Counted from the first letter of the stretch, positions 45,137-57,893 are shown. The stretch is 64,000 bases of DNA from an uncultured Planctomycetota bacterium (GCA_963845755.1 CAWJTV010000032.1:50159-114158); one strand, 5' to 3'. The notes: generated by a model not told the origin, from the sequence alone. Program-made: numbers and translations.

Positions 45137-45442
45137 GCCGTGAGGCTATCGGATCGCGAATCAGTCGGTCAAGGAGGGACACGGCGACACATCTGACAAC
45201 GGGACGGGTCGACAATGACTTCCGTCCGGCTTCGCCCCACGATTTCGGAGACTCCTCGTTGAACGCCACCACGATTTGCCCCGAAGGGGCAGCCACAAAC
45301 CAGCCCGGGGCAACGCCCCGGGGACCGAAGAACCCTCCCCGGAACAGCCCTGAAAGGGCGGCCCAAGAACGGTCGCCTGGCCCGCCTTGTGTCGCCCCTT
45401 CAGGGCTGGGATTGGGGGTGGGCGACCGAGTCCCGGGGCGTT

Positions 45443-46430
45443 CAACTTATTCCATTTGGAACGTAAGTCCTTGTCGATTCACGATCCGCACAGCATTGAT
45501 CAGCAGTTTGGCCCAGACCCAACGCCACACCCGCCACGACCGGCGCACCCAGGCCGGCAGCGGACCCAGGCCGCCACCGAAGGAGGTCGCCTGGCCGAAG
45601 GATCGCTCGATCGCGCTGCGCATCGCGTAGAGGCTCTTCCCGAAATCTCCCTGCAACAGCTCGATGCAGCGGAGGCGGTACGGGCTTTGGCGGCGGTGTC
45701 CCAGTCCGGCCTTGGGGTCCTCGCCGGGGCTACCAACTGGTAGCCCGCGGCGCCCGCCGCGTCGAAGACCGGGTTGGCGTCGTACTCGCCATCGCCCAGC
45801 ACGTAGCCACCGCCGCCGCAGTCGGCCAATTCCGGCAGCAACTGCTCGGCGGCCTTGGTCTCGGCGACATTCAGCGGTGTGATCGAACACACCTCGGGCA
45901 TCGGACGGTTGCTCCAGACGGCGTGCAATTTGTAGCCCTTGGCGATCTTGCCGGCGCCGTGGCCATTGCGGGCATCCGGATCGTGACTGGCACCACCAAC
46001 CGGCAAGGGCTTACCGTCGAGGATCTGTACCAACCGCGGGGGGACTACATCGCGGAGCCGCGTCGCCAAAGTCCGCATGAGGACGCCCACGGCCAAGCTC
46101 CGGAGTCGTCGGCTCAGAGTCGAGGGCGCGGGCAAACGACCCGGCTGGAGCGTCGTGGTCTTCCAGTGCCGAGGATCACAAGCCCAGCAGGCCGGTCGAT
46201 CGTGAAGGGCGGCCCACAGGTGGACCAGGACCAAGATGTGGGGCTGGTAGGAGACGTTGACCTGGCGGATCGAGCCACCCACCGCCATGACGAGGTGATA
46301 CAGTTGCGGCCAGAGTTCCAGTTCCATAGTTGCCCTCCTCTGAGGATTGTCTCTACTTCCATACATAGATACGATCCTGGGAGGGAAATTGTTCTGACAT
46401 AAAGACTTGCGACCTAAATGGAATAAGTTG
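45443..46430 (-). mobile_element. 988-bp insertion sequence with 15-bp perfect TIRs and a GTT target duplication
   Basis: caacttattccattt at 45443 and aaatggaataagttg ending at 46430; GTT at 45440-45442 and 46431-46433. Confidence 0.9.
45447..46327 (-). CDS. DDE transposase (IS4/IS5/IS982-like), frameshift near 45720
   Basis: PSTLSRR, LDGKPL, GYKLH, LGDGEYD, Y..R..IERSF; the stop lies inside the TIR. Confidence 0.85.
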
Positions 46431-46704
46431 GTTGCCCCGGGCTGGTATGTTTGGCCCCTTCAGGGCCACGACGATCCGCCCAAGGCAGGCATCAGTTCGG
46501 TGGTGTTCGGCGAGAAGTCTCCGATCTCAAGCCAGCGGTCCGACGCGGTCGTACACGGGGGAGAGACCCGGCACGGCCCGCGTACGTTGTCGGAGAAGAG
46601 GGGTCGGTTGTACCATGGGGAGGGTCATGAGGTCGGAATCCATGCCCTTCGTGCAGAACAGACGTCAAGGATAGAGCCCGAGTCGCGGCACCTCAGTCAA
46701 TAAT

Positions 46705-48381
46705 ATGCGCAAAATTTCATTCTTATTGAGAGATCCTGCTCGTCTGGTCCTCTCATCGGGATCATTGCTGGTGATCTTTGTGGCCGTGGTCTGGACAGGG
46801 CTGTTCTCCCGACTCCACCCAACACCGACGGCGGATTCGCTATCGGCCCAGCCGCCGAAAACGCCCCGAACGGAGTCGAGCCGCGAGGAGATCGAGCGAA
46901 CCTGCGCCGGGTGTCACGCGTATCCGCCGCCGGAGACCTTCGCCAAATCCCAGTGGTCGCGCGAGGTGGATCGCGGATTCCGGTTTCTCAGGGAGTCCGG
47001 AGCTTCGGGCGAGACCCCCTCGTTTTCGAGCGTGGTTGCTTATTATCGGAATCGTGCGCCCGAGACGCTCCCAGTCCTCGAACAAACGCGCCCGGCCGGC
47101 CCGTGCCCGGTGCGTCTCCATCGAACCGGCTACCGGGCGGGCGCCGGGCCGCGACCGCCCGCGATCGCCAACGTCCAGTTCGTGCACCTGTCGGACGCGC
47201 GGAAGCTCGACGTGGTCGCGTGCGACATGGTCAATGGAAACGTCTTCCTGCTGAAGCCCTACGAGCCGATGGCGAAGGTCCAGGTCGTCTCGGACGCGAT
47301 CCCCAACCCGGCGCATGTCGAGGTGACGGACCTGGATGGTGATGGGATCAAGGACATGCTCGTCGCGAACCTGGGCAGCCCGGTTCCGACGGAGAAGCGC
47401 GTGGGGAGCGTCGTCTGGCTGAAGGGGCGTCCCGACCACTCGTTCACCCCCTTCACCCTGGCCGCCGGGCTCGGGCGCGTCGCCGATGTCCAGGCTGCCG
47501 ATTTCGACGGCGACGGGGATCGGGACCTGATCGTCGCCGAGTTCGGGTGGTTGAAGACCGGCGGAATCCAGCTCCTGGAGAACCGCACGACGGATGTTGA
47601 GAAACCCGTGTTCGTTCCCTCGACGATCGACCCGCGCCATGGCGGAATCCACGTCCCGGTGGTCGATCTCAATGGGGACGGCCGGCCGGACTTCATCGCA
47701 GTCATCAGCCAGGAACATGAGAAGGTCGTCGCGTTTCTCAACCAGGGCCACGCCCGGTTCCTTCCGCACGATATCTACGCGGCGCCGCATCCCGCCTTCG
47801 GTTCCAGCGGCATCCAACTCGTGGACCTCGATGGCGACGGCGACCAGGACGTGCTCATGAGCAACGGCGACTCGCTCGACTTGCCCATGATGCGGCCGTA
47901 TCACGGTGTCCTGTGGCTGGAGAATCGGGGCTCCTACCCGTTTCCATCTCATCCGCTGACCTCGTTCTACGGGGCCCAGCGCACCGTCGCGGCGGACATC
48001 GACGGAGACGGTGATCTCGATATCGTCGCCGTCAGTTTCCTGCCGGGGTCGTTCTTCGAGAGTCCTCGCCGGGTGATGGAGCTGGACGCGGTGATCCTCC
48101 TGGAGCAGGAGTCACCGGGCCGATTCGTCCGCCACTCCCTCGAGACCATCAGTTGCGATCACCCCACCTGCGACCTGGGCGACTTCGATGGCGACGGTAG
48201 GGTGGATCTGGTCACGGCCAACGCGTTCATCCCGGACGATCAGACGTCGATCGCGGATGATTCCCCGGTCAACGGGATCGTCGTGTGGAGAAACCTCGGC
48301 CCGCTCCCGCAGGGAAAGCCTCCCACTTCCGGAATGATCCCGTCTTCCGAGAGATTGCGCCGCGTTGCCGATCGACCGTGA
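46705..48381 (+). CDS. FG-GAP/VCBS repeat protein with an N-terminal c-type heme motif
   Basis: TM anchor, CAGCH, six DxDGDG-type repeats. Confidence 0.85.
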   Translation: MRKISFLLRDPARLVLSSGSLLVIFVAVVWTGLFSRLHPTPTADSLSAQPPKTPRTESSREEIERTCAGCHAYPPPETFAKSQWSREVDRGFRFLRESGASGETPSFSSVVAYYRNRAPETLPVLEQTRPAGPCPVRLHRTGYRAGAGPRPPAIANVQFVHLSDARKLDVVACDMVNGNVFLLKPYEPMAKVQVVSDAIPNPAHVEVTDLDGDGIKDMLVANLGSPVPTEKRVGSVVWLKGRPDHSFTPFTLAAGLGRVADVQAADFDGDGDRDLIVAEFGWLKTGGIQLLENRTTDVEKPVFVPSTIDPRHGGIHVPVVDLNGDGRPDFIAVISQEHEKVVAFLNQGHARFLPHDIYAAPHPAFGSSGIQLVDLDGDGDQDVLMSNGDSLDLPMMRPYHGVLWLENRGSYPFPSHPLTSFYGAQRTVAADIDGDGDLDIVAVSFLPGSFFESPRRVMELDAVILLEQESPGRFVRHSLETISCDHPTCDLGDFDGDGRVDLVTANAFIPDDQTSIADDSPVNGIVVWRNLGPLPQGKPPTSGMIPSSERLRRVADRP

Positions 48382-48443
48382 GCGTTCCGAGACGGCTCGT
48401 GCCAGCACTGCCAGTGGTTCGACGTTGGAAGCGAATGAACCTT

Positions 48444-48725
48444 GAGCGCCTCACGGTCGGATTGCGCATCCGGACAGCCGATCATAGGCGGCCCAAAGGG
48501 CCGCAAGAGCCCAGCCCCGGGTGAAACCCGGGGTCCCAGGCACAAGCCCCTGTCCCAGCGGCCTGTAGGGCCGCAGGAGATCTTTCCGGGCACCCCTTCA
48601 GGGTGCACGAGGAGGGCGCACGGTGCCCGAGTCCCGGGGTTTCACCCCGGGCTGGGCTCCTGGCGGCCTTTCAGGCCGCGGGAGGTCGAACCGAATCCCG
48701 TGCGCAACCCATCTGTTACGCGCTC
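48444..48725. repeat. REP-like multi-hairpin element enclosed by degenerate terminal inverted repeats
   Basis: Arms gagcccagccccgggtgaaacccgggg and cccggggtttcaccccgggctgggctc; outer ends gagcgcctcacggtcggattgcgca and tgcgcaacccatctgttacgcgctc. Confidence 0.65.
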
Positions 48726-48743
48726 TAACAGCGATCGTGACCG

Positions 48744-50200
48744 TCAAGCCAGGAGGTCCTTCACGACCCTGCCATGCACGTCGGTGAGCCGGTAATCGCG
48801 GCCGGCATGGTGGAACGTGAGTTTCTCGTGGTCGAAACCGAGCAGGTGGAGGATGGTCGCCTGAAGGTCGTGGACGTGGACGGGGTTCTCGGCGATGTGG
48901 AAGCCGAGGTCGTCGGTGGCTCCATAGGTCAGGCCGGGCTTGATGCCGCCCCCGGCCATCCAGATGGTAAAGGCTTGGGGATGGTGGTCGCGACCGAGGC
49001 TGCGGCCGAGTGCCCGGTTGGATTCCACCATGGGCGTCCGTCCGAACTCACCGCCCCAGATCACCAGGGTATCGTCGAGCAGTCCGCGGCGCTTGAGGTC
49101 CTTGACCAGGGCGGCGGCGGCGCGGTCGGTGGCACCGCAGTTGGTCTTGAGGTTCCCCGAGACGTCGGAATGAGCGTCCCAACCTTCGTGGTAGATGTTC
49201 ACAAACCGCACGCCCCGCTCGATCATCCGCCGCGCCAGCAGGCAAGCCCGGGCGAACGAGGGTTTGTCCGGATCGACGCCATAGAGGTCCAGCGTCTCCT
49301 TGCCTTCGTTCCGGAGGTCCATGAGCTCTGGCGCGGAGGTCTGGAGCCGGAACGCCATCTCGTAGGCGGCGATGCGCGTGGCAATCTCCGGATCGCCTAC
49401 AACCTGGAGGCGACGGCGGTTCAGCGACCCGATCAGGTCGAGGGAATCGCGTTGGAGTCGCGCATCCACGCCCGGTGGGCTGGAGACGTCGAGGATGGGG
49501 TCCCCCTGGTTCCGCAAGCGAGTCCCGGTATAGAGGGTGGGCAGGAAGCCGCTGGACCAGTTCGCCGCACCGCCGCTGATCCCGCTGCCGGTGGACATCA
49601 CGATGAACGCGGGCAGGTCCTGGGCCTCCGACCCCAGTCCATAGAGCACCCACGACCCGAGGCTGGGCCGACCCGGTTGGGCAAACCCCGTGTTGAAGAA
49701 GATCTGCGCGGGGGCGTGGTTGAACTGATCCGTCCGGACCGACTTGACGATGCAAATGTCATCCACGACCTCCGCCAGGTGCGGCAGCATCGTCGAGAGC
49801 TGGGCCCCGCATTGCCCATGCTTGGCGAACTGGAAGCGGGGACCGAGCACCGCCGCGTCGGAACGGATGAAGGCATAGCGTTGCCCGCCGATCACCGATG
49901 GGGGCAGGGGCCTTCCTTCGAGCTTGGCCAGGTCGGGCTTGAAGTCGAACAGGTCGAGCTGGCTCGGCGCACCGGCCATGAAGAGATGGATCACGCGCTT
50001 GGCCCTGGGGGCGAAGTGCGGTCGCTTGGGCGCCATCGGGCCCGACGATGGCTCCGGCGAGCCCGGAGCCGGGCCAGGCTCCTGGAGCGATCGCCTCACC
50101 CAGCAGCGCGCCGAGCGCCATCTTGCCGACGCCCGACGCCGCATTCCTCGAAGAAATGGCGGCGAGTCACGGTCACCGCCTGCAAGTTCTCGCGATTCAC
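48744..50200 (-). CDS. DUF1501 domain-containing protein (frameshifts in the N-terminus)
   Basis: [41 protein letters not shown]. Confidence 0.92.
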
Positions 50201-50204
50201 AGGT

Positions 50205-53200
50205 TCACCCTTTCGTCACGGCCTCGTCAGCGTTCAACAATCCTCGTGCCAGGATGGTCCAGGCGGCGCGCTCGACCGGATCGCCATCCCCCGGGCCGGC
50301 GATCCTGGCGGCATCCAGCTCCTTGCGCTCGAGCCGGCTCTCCTGGGCGTGATAGAACTGGACGAGCATCGAAAGCTCGACAGGATCCGGCGGCCGTGTC
50401 AGGCAGCGTCGGAACAGGAGGCGGGCTCGGTCCTCGACGGATCCGCCGCGGGCGGCCATCATCCGCCCGAGGGCTTGTGCGGCCTCTTCGAACACCGGGT
50501 CGTTGAGCAGCGTCAGTGCCTGGAGCGGCGAGTTGGAGACCTCGCGGCGCGCGACGCAGACCTCGCCGCTCGGCCCATCGAAGGTCGTGAACATCGCGTA
50601 GGGAGCGGTGCGTTTGCTGAAGGTGTAAAGCCCTCTGCGGTAGGCGTCGCCCCCGGGGCTGACGTTCCACGCCAGGCCGCCATAGGCTCCCTCGGTCGAG
50701 ACGCCCGGCGGCTGCGATGGAAAGACGCTCGGCCCACCGATCTTCTCCGAGAGCAGGCCGCTGACCCGCAACGCGGAATCCCGGAGCATCTCCGCCTCCA
50801 GCCGAACTCGCGGGCCGCGAGCGAGCAGCCGATTCTCCGGGTCTTTCGCCAGCAACTCGGGCGTGACCCGAGACGATTGCCGATAAGTCGCACTGGTGAC
50901 AATCAGTCGATGCATCGCCTTGATCGACCAGCCCGATTCCACCAGCCGGATCGCCAGCCAATCGAGTAGCTCGGGATGGGTGGGAGGCTCACCCTGATAC
51001 CCGAAATCTTCCACGGTCCGCACGAGACCCTTACCGAAGAATGCGGCCCACTGCCGGTTCACGGTCACGCGGCCGGTCAGCGGGTTCTCGGACGAGACCA
51101 GCCAGCTTGCCAGCTCCAATCGGGTCCCGCGTGACCCCGCGGGCAGAGCGGGCAGGAAAGACGGAACACCCGGCTCGACTGCGCTCGGTAGGCTGGAGGA
51201 ACTCGCCGCGATTGTGGATGAACGTCGGCCGCGGGTTGTCCGCCGCGTCGCTCGCTCATGACCAGCGTCGAGGGATAATGGGGCAGTGCCTGCCGCAGTT
51301 GCTTGATGGCCGCATGCTCCTTGGCCAGCTCGGGCGCGACTGCGAGGTAGTACCGGCGAAGCGACTCGATTTGCCCAGGCGTCCGTCGATCCGGGGCCAG
51401 CAGGAGGAGACGCTCGATCTCCACCGGAGTCTCCTGGGCCACGACCGGCCGCGGGTCCGTGGTCGCCCAGAGCCGGAACCGGCCCAGGCCCGCGGCGTGA
51501 TACCGCTCGAAGAGCAGCTCCACGACCAGCTCATCCGCCTTGCCCAGAGGTGCACCGAGACGAAAGACCGCGGAATGCGCCTGCCCCTGCCCGCCGTTAA
51601 TCGACCAGCCCGACTGGGGATCACCGTCGATCGCCGCCTTTGCGGTCTGGGCGTTCGGGCCGCTCGCCGTGGCCCCCGTCAATCCGACGGGCTTGCCATC
51701 GGCCAGGACGCGGACCTCACTGAGGAAGAAATCCCCAGGCGCTCCCTCGTAATACACGCGACCCGGCCCGTGGTTCGGAAGTCGCTCGTCCGGCAGTACC
51801 TCGAGGCGGATCGCACGAATCCCCGCCATGCCATCGCGAAACGTGACTTTGTAGAGATCGCGCTTGCTCTGGTCTCCGCTGGCGAAGACCGAGCCGTCGC
51901 CCTCGATGCTCAGATGTGGCAGATTGGCGACGGCCTTGACAGGCGTGAGCGGAGACCAGCGAACGACCTCCTTGCCCTCACGAGCGAGCCAATCGCGGAA
52001 TCGGGCCTCGAGATTCGCCTGCCGGCGTTCCGATTCCGAGCCCACATGGCCGTCCCCGATGGGAAATCGATCCGGAAGCCCGGCGATCCGCGCCGCGATC
52101 TGCGCCTCGATCGCGCGACGCCGTGGCACGATCGCCGGAGACGGCACTTCGATCTGGGGCTCCTCGGCGTTGTTCAGCAACGCCATGAATTGGTAATACT
52201 CGCGATGGGGGATGGGGTCGAACTTGTGCGTATGGCACTGGCGCAGCCCATCGTCAGTCCCAGCCAGACTGTTGCCGTGGTGGCCACGCGGTCGACCATG
52301 GCGTAGAAGCGGTATTCCAGCGGATCGATCCCTCCTTCTTCATTCAGCATCGTATTCCGGTGCAAACCAGTCGCGATCCGCTGGTCGAGTGTCGCCCCCG
52401 GAAGTAGGTCGCCGGCAAGCTGGTCGATGGTGAATTGGCGGAATGATAGGTCGGCGTTCAAGGCGCGGATCGCCCAGTCGCGATACGGCCAGATCGAGCG
52501 CGGTCGATCCTTTTCGTAGCCGTTGGTATCCGCGTACCGGGCCAGGTCGAGCCAGCGCCGTGCCCAACGTTCGCCGTAATGCGGTGAGGCGAGCAGCCGG
52601 TCCACCAGCTTTTCGTAAGCATCCGGGGAATGGTCCTGGACGAACGCATCGACCTCGTTGGGTGTTGGGAGGCAGTCCGATCAGATCGAGGGAGACGCGG
52701 CGGATCAGCGCGATCGGATCGGCCTCCGATGAGGGTCGAAGACCTTCGCGTTCCAGCCGGGATAGCACCAAGGTATCGATCGCGTTGCGCGGCCAGCCTG
52801 TCTCCTTGACGACAGGCATCGCTGGCCGCGACGGCCGCTGGAACGCCCAGTGCACCTCATATTTCGCTCCCTCGGCGACCCATCGTTTGAGGATCTGCTT
52901 ATCGGGTTCTGAGAGCGGGAGCTTGGCTTGCGGCGGCGGCATCCGTTCGCCGTCTTCCTCGGAGAAGATCCGGCTCACCAGCTCGCTCTCGTCGGGCCGG
53001 CCAGGGACGATGGGGCTCATTCCCGAGCCCGCCTCCTTCAGGGCGTCGTCGCGCCGGTCCAGCCGGAGTTTCGCCTTGCGCGCCTTGTCATCCGGCCCAT
53101 GGCACTTGAAACAATGCCGGGCGAGGATCGGTCGGACGTCTCGATTGAAGCTAACCGGATGCTCGGCCGGAGTTCCGGCGCCGGTCGTCTCTTGTCCGAT

Positions 53201-53260
53201 GGCGAGCCGGGCCATGGCCCAGCCGAGCACCAGGATCGACGTGAGGGTACGTCTTAGCAA
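50205..53260 (-). CDS. Planctomycete cytochrome C / PSD1 protein (several frameshifts)
   Basis: [39 protein letters not shown]. Confidence 0.9.
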
Positions 53261-53455
53261 AGGGTACCGCCTCCGAGTGTTGCCGATTGCGGGAGGGAGG
53301 AGCCGCGAAGACTCCGATCGCGGCGGGTTGGCCTCGATGATCGGGGCGTGGACACGCCCCGATCATTCCAGACTATCATCGATCGTCGCTGAAAGCGAGC
53401 GCTGCTCGCACGATCAGGACGGGTCATAGATCGCCAGGCCGGTGAGGACCGGCGG

Positions 53456-53927
53456 TCATTCCAGATTGAAATCGATCTCCTTCTTGTCCTGCGGTGACCG
53501 TCGCTTCCAGGCCCGAAGTGTCCACGTTGTTGTACTTCTTCGGGACGAGGTCCTTGGGCGGAGTCCAGCCGGGAGTCGATCCGGGGATCTTGGTGGGATC
53601 GGCGGTGTTGGCGATGATGAACACCTTGTGATGGCCGGGGAGTGCACCATCCGCCTGGGCGAACGTGCTGAGTTTGTAAGTGCCGTCGCTCTGAATCTCG
53701 CCGACGGCGGGACTGGCCCTGGTCTGGCTGGAACGTGACCGTCCCCTTGGGCACTGGCTGCTCCCTTGTAGGTCACCTTGCCACCGATCGGAAACGTCTG
53801 CGGGCGTTCGATCGACTCGGAACAGCCCGAGATGGCTCCGAAGAGGAGCCCGGCCGTCGCTGCCCCGGTCCACGTGCCGCGAACGACGAATGGAATCTTC
53901 CGTGCTGAAAAGCCTGTGGGTCAGCAT
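53456..53927 (-). CDS. Small secreted/lipoprotein typical of DUF1559 neighbourhoods (frameshifted)
   Basis: SGCS, GKVTYKG, G.YKLSTF...DGALPG.HKV.I, VPKKYNN..TSGL.ATV. Confidence 0.7.
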
Positions 53928-53975
53928 CGAAGAAATCTCCCTTGCAGTGTTGCAGTATGACCTGTCGGGACCGGC

Positions 53976-54922
53976 TCAGTACGAATCGCTGCTGATGACT
54001 TCTCCCATCGCACGCGTACTGATGGCTCGGTAGATGAACTGGTTTACGACAGCTTGAGGAACCGAACGGAGCCGTCCGCGAAGCCGGCATTCATGCCGCC
54101 GGGGTGCTGGCTCCGAAAGCCGTAGCAGTATCCCGGATTGGTCTTGTCCAGAGTTGACCATCTGATTCATGGGGATGGAGGTTGTGGCCACCGAGGAGTT
54201 GCTCTCGGACCAGGCGTTCCACCAGCACATGTTGGGCATGGCCTCGCCCGTCAACATCGTGTTGCTCAGGCCGTCGGTGACAGACTGAGGGGTGACAAGC
54301 ATCTGGGCCCGCCAGAACATGCCCGTGGCCGTTGGCGAAATTCCCGTTGCAATCGCCATACCCGTTATTCGAGCCGGGGAACGGCCCCGTGGTGTTATCA
54401 CCGAGGTTGCCCTTGTAGCACGTCGCGCGCGATCCACCACGTTGCGAGACCCGCGGACTCGGTCCCGGCATAGCTGTTCCAGTCCGATTGACCTTGCTGG
54501 AGCATGAGACCCGGGTAGCTCGGGCAGAAGACGGCATTGAGTTGCATTGCGATCACGGTCGTGTTGTTCCACGAGTATTCCGCCCGGTCGCCTGTAAAAT
54601 TGTAGGCGTTGAACATGGGCGTTTGATCCATCTGGGGCAGGATCTCCACGATCCAGCCCGTCCGATAATCCGAGTTCAGGAACCACTGACAGGTGCCGGT
54701 GTAGTTGTAACCGGCGATCTGCGATGGGAAGCTTTGGTTGACGTCAACGTAGTTGTGACACGCGAGCCCCAACTGCTTCATATTGTTGGTGCACTGGGCA
54801 CGTCGGGCCGCCTCGCGGGCGGCTTGCACGGCCGGCAGCAGCAGGGCGATGAGCACGGCGATGATCGCAATCACCACCAGCAACTCGATCAACGTGAAGC
54901 CACGGACTGGCGAACGGCGCAT
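53976..54922 (-). CDS. DUF1559 prepilin-type protein (N-methylation motif, H-X9-DG C-terminus), frameshifted
   Basis: [62 protein letters not shown]. Confidence 0.92.
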
Positions 54923-55264
54923 GGAAACCTCCTACTTGGATCAAGGCGTGAAAGAACCGAACAACGGGTCAACTCGGCGCAAACCGCGAAACGGGAGCCG
55001 CGTAGCGGGGAACACGCGACCATCTCGACGAGATTCTGATTTGGACCCGAATAGCGTAAGAATGCGCGTGCCGGACGTGCATTGCAAACAAAAAACGCGG
55101 GGTATGGCGATAATTCCCCGATCATGCGATCGACACGCCTGCTGAGACCTTTATGATGGCCGGCAAGTCGCCAAAATCGTAATGGATATATTTGTGAATT
55201 CGATCGACTTGTGAGAGGACCTATCCGATGCGTGGACAACTCATAAGTTCAACTATCGAAAATC

Positions 55265-55284
55265 TATCACTTTGTTTTGTGATA
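55265..55284. promoter_or_regulatory. Candidate operator palindrome upstream of the DUF1559 cluster
   Basis: TATCAC-N8-GTGATA inside an AT-rich tract. Confidence 0.4.
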
Positions 55285-55595
55285 AGTAATAAATTGATCG
55301 ATATTTTTATCATGGGAGCAGCTCGGGGATTCGCGGGGCTTCCGAGTATTCGGGTGCGAAGGTCCCCGTTATTCCGGGCTCGAAGCGATGGTACAGGTGG
55401 GAGGCCGTACTCGCGGCGCCGGCGGCCGCAATCGCACTCGCAGTACGATCGATGGTTCGACGCCCGCATGTCAGGCCGATGATCGAAATCTCGACTGTCG
55501 GCGAGCGGCTCTTCTTGCAGGGTCTCAATTTCCATCGGCGATCGCGTCCGCTCGATCCTACCGGCCGGATTGGGTGGTTTCCGGCGCTCGGGGAC

Positions 55596-57893
55596 TCACG
55601 GCAAGGTGGAATAGAAGACGATGTTTCCGGCGATCTTCAGGGCACTTTCGTAGGTGTAGCCTTTGCACTCGATCCCGGTGTGCCGCTCGAGGGCGCAGCC
55701 GATGTCGAATCGCGAGTAGATGATCGCCCAGTGGCCGTTGATCTTGACCCCTTCGAGCTGCGGGAAGTCCCTGGCGCCGCCGGCCCCCTTGGTGTACTGC
55801 GACTTGGACAGGTCGAAGCCGACTTTCGTCGAGTAGAGTTCGTCGTCCCGAGGGATCGGCTCCAACCGGCCGTGGGGCACCAGTTCGACCACGAACTTCC
55901 GGAACGTGGCGTCGAACGCCGGGCTGCCGCAGGCCGCGTCGGCGAAGAGCGTGCCACCACCCGGTTCGAGGTGCTTTTGCAGGGCCTCCACGTCTTCCTT
56001 GGCGAACGAGATCGCGCCGCGGCCGTGGATGTAGATCAGCGGGTAGTAGATGAGGTTCGGATCGCTCGGGATCAGGTCCTTCTGGGTCAAGACCACGTCG
56101 AGACTGAAGGGGGGCTTGTGCAGGGCGTCCATCAGGTTGGGTATGGCCTGGGGTGCGATGTTCCAATCGCCGGCGTGCTTGAGCTTCGCGATCCGCAGCG
56201 CGCCTCGCTTGGGCGCATCCTTCTTGCGGTTGTGCAGCTCCCGGACGACCAGTTTGTCGGCGGGCATCTCGCGGCCGGTGGCGTAGTCGATGATGTTCTG
56301 GCCGACCTTGATCGCCCGGATGACGGCGGTATTGGTGGGGCTGTGCTCGGACAGGTTCCAGTAGCACGACAGGTCCTGCGGCGAGTAGATGACCACGGTC
56401 CGGCAGCCGTGCTCGATGCCCCAGAGCGGGTAGACCTCGGGCGAGAGCAGGTGCCTGGCCCGCCAGACCGGATGATCGGGCGACAGCGGGCGGAGCTCGT
56501 AGCCCTCCTCGGGGAACATCTCCTTCATCAATCGCCGGAATCCCTGGTCGAATTCGCTCTTGCCGCAGCAGGCATCGGCCAGGATGAACCCGCCCTGATT
56601 CACGTACTCGCGGATACTCTGCTGGGCCGCGGCGCCGAACTCGGGGACGTGGTGGCCATTGAAGAAGAGGATCGGGGCCTGGAGCAGGTCCTGGACCGTC
56701 GCGGTGCCGGGGTCAACCACCTGCCAGGTCAGGAGACTCTTCCAGTCGCGGGAGATGATGCCGACGATGTTGCGCACATCGTCCGGGTCGTTGTTCCAGT
56801 CGTTGACCGGCGGGTGATAGAGCTTGTTGATCAGGACCGGCGCCCGCCCCTTGGCCAGGAACAGCAGCGCGAAACTCGTCGCGACCAGCTCGTTCTCCTG
56901 GTTGGCCCCGCGCCAGAATCCCGACAGCGGGTTCTGGTCGTGGATCAGCTCCTCGGCGCCCTCGCGGTACCAGTCGTGCTTGCCGAAGAAGCGGACGCCG
57001 GAGAGCCGGCCGGCCCGCTCCAGCGCGTAGAGATAATAGTACTTCCAGACCTGGCCGTGACCGAAGTTCTGGCCCACCTGGAAGTGGCTCGCCAGCCAAT
57101 CGAGGCCATGGAGCAGGTTGGTGTTGAAACCGCCCTTGCCGCAGTCCCGGATCGACTCGCCTTCCAGGTACTCGAGTCCTTCGTACTTCTTCGAGCCGGT
57201 GATGATCAGGCTGGAGACCCCGGCACAGGTCATGCTCCCGGTCGACGGGTTGTGACGGGGCGTGTACGCCCAGCCGCCATCCCGATTCTGGAATCGCTCG
57301 AAATACTGGCGGGAGAGCAGCCAGACCTTGGGGTTGACCGCAATGCCCACCTCGCTGGCGGCATTGAGGCCCAGCAGGGCATACTGAGTATTGGAGTTGT
57401 CGCCGGCCTGGAACTTGGTCTCGGAATAGGTCCAGGTCCCGGGCCAGACCATCCGATCGCCGGGCCCGATCTGCGCCTGCTCCAGCCACTCGACGTTGGC
57501 CACGATCCGCAGGCGATCGCGCTCCGGATCACCCGCCGCGAACGCCATGGTCTGCAAGGAGATGGCGTAGGTGTTGCGAAGCTGATTCGGCCCGAAATTG
57601 CGGAGGTAGTCGAGCGCCGCGCGGATCGTCGGCGAGTCGCGCGGTTCGCCCGCCGTCAAGAGGGCCAGGGTCACCAGGCTGGTCGTCCCCGAGTTGGCCT
57701 TTTCCTCGATCTCGGGCCAGGAGCCGTCGCGACGCTGCTGCTTCTTGAGGAACCCCACACCCTCGCGGATCGCGCGCTCGACCTGCTCGCTCGTGACGGC
57801 TCCTCGGGCTGTGCCCTGGCCGAGGGCCGGCCCGAAGAACAGCGCGAGCACGACCAGACCGATCCAGCAGCGAGGCATCGTAGTGCGGGACAT
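55596..57893 (-). CDS. DUF4159 domain protein with N-terminal prenyltransferase/squalene-cyclase-like repeats
   Basis: GDNSNTQYALLGL, QNRDGGWAY, YYLYALERAG; two GG..L.ADA.CG domains. Confidence 0.85.
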   Translation of the reverse strand: MSRTTMPRCWIGLVVLALFFGPALGQGTARGAVTSEQVERAIREGVGFLKKQQRRDGSWPEIEEKANSGTTSLVTLALLTAGEPRDSPTIRAALDYLRNFGPNQLRNTYAISLQTMAFAAGDPERDRLRIVANVEWLEQAQIGPGDRMVWPGTWTYSETKFQAGDNSNTQYALLGLNAASEVGIAVNPKVWLLSRQYFERFQNRDGGWAYTPRHNPSTGSMTCAGVSSLIITGSKKYEGLEYLEGESIRDCGKGGFNTNLLHGLDWLASHFQVGQNFGHGQVWKYYYLYALERAGRLSGVRFFGKHDWYREGAEELIHDQNPLSGFWRGANQENELVATSFALLFLAKGRAPVLINKLYHPPVNDWNNDPDDVRNIVGIISRDWKSLLTWQVVDPGTATVQDLLQAPILFFNGHHVPEFGAAAQQSIREYVNQGGFILADACCGKSEFDQGFRRLMKEMFPEEGYELRPLSPDHPVWRARHLLSPEVYPLWGIEHGCRTVVIYSPQDLSCYWNLSEHSPTNTAVIRAIKVGQNIIDYATGREMPADKLVVRELHNRKKDAPKRGALRIAKLKHAGDWNIAPQAIPNLMDALHKPPFSLDVVLTQKDLIPSDPNLIYYPLIYIHGRGAISFAKEDVEALQKHLEPGGGTLFADAACGSPAFDATFRKFVVELVPHGRLEPIPRDDELYSTKVGFDLSKSQYTKGAGGARDFPQLEGVKINGHWAIIYSRFDIGCALERHTGIECKGYTYESALKIAGNIVFYSTLP

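Larger units (their letters stand above)
45278..46467. repeat. Long REP-like palindromic element split by an IS
   Basis: Left arm gccccgaaggggc...ccagcccggggcaacgccccggg; right arm cccggggc-gtt[IS]gtt-gccccgggctgg...ggccccttcagggcc. Confidence 0.75.
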
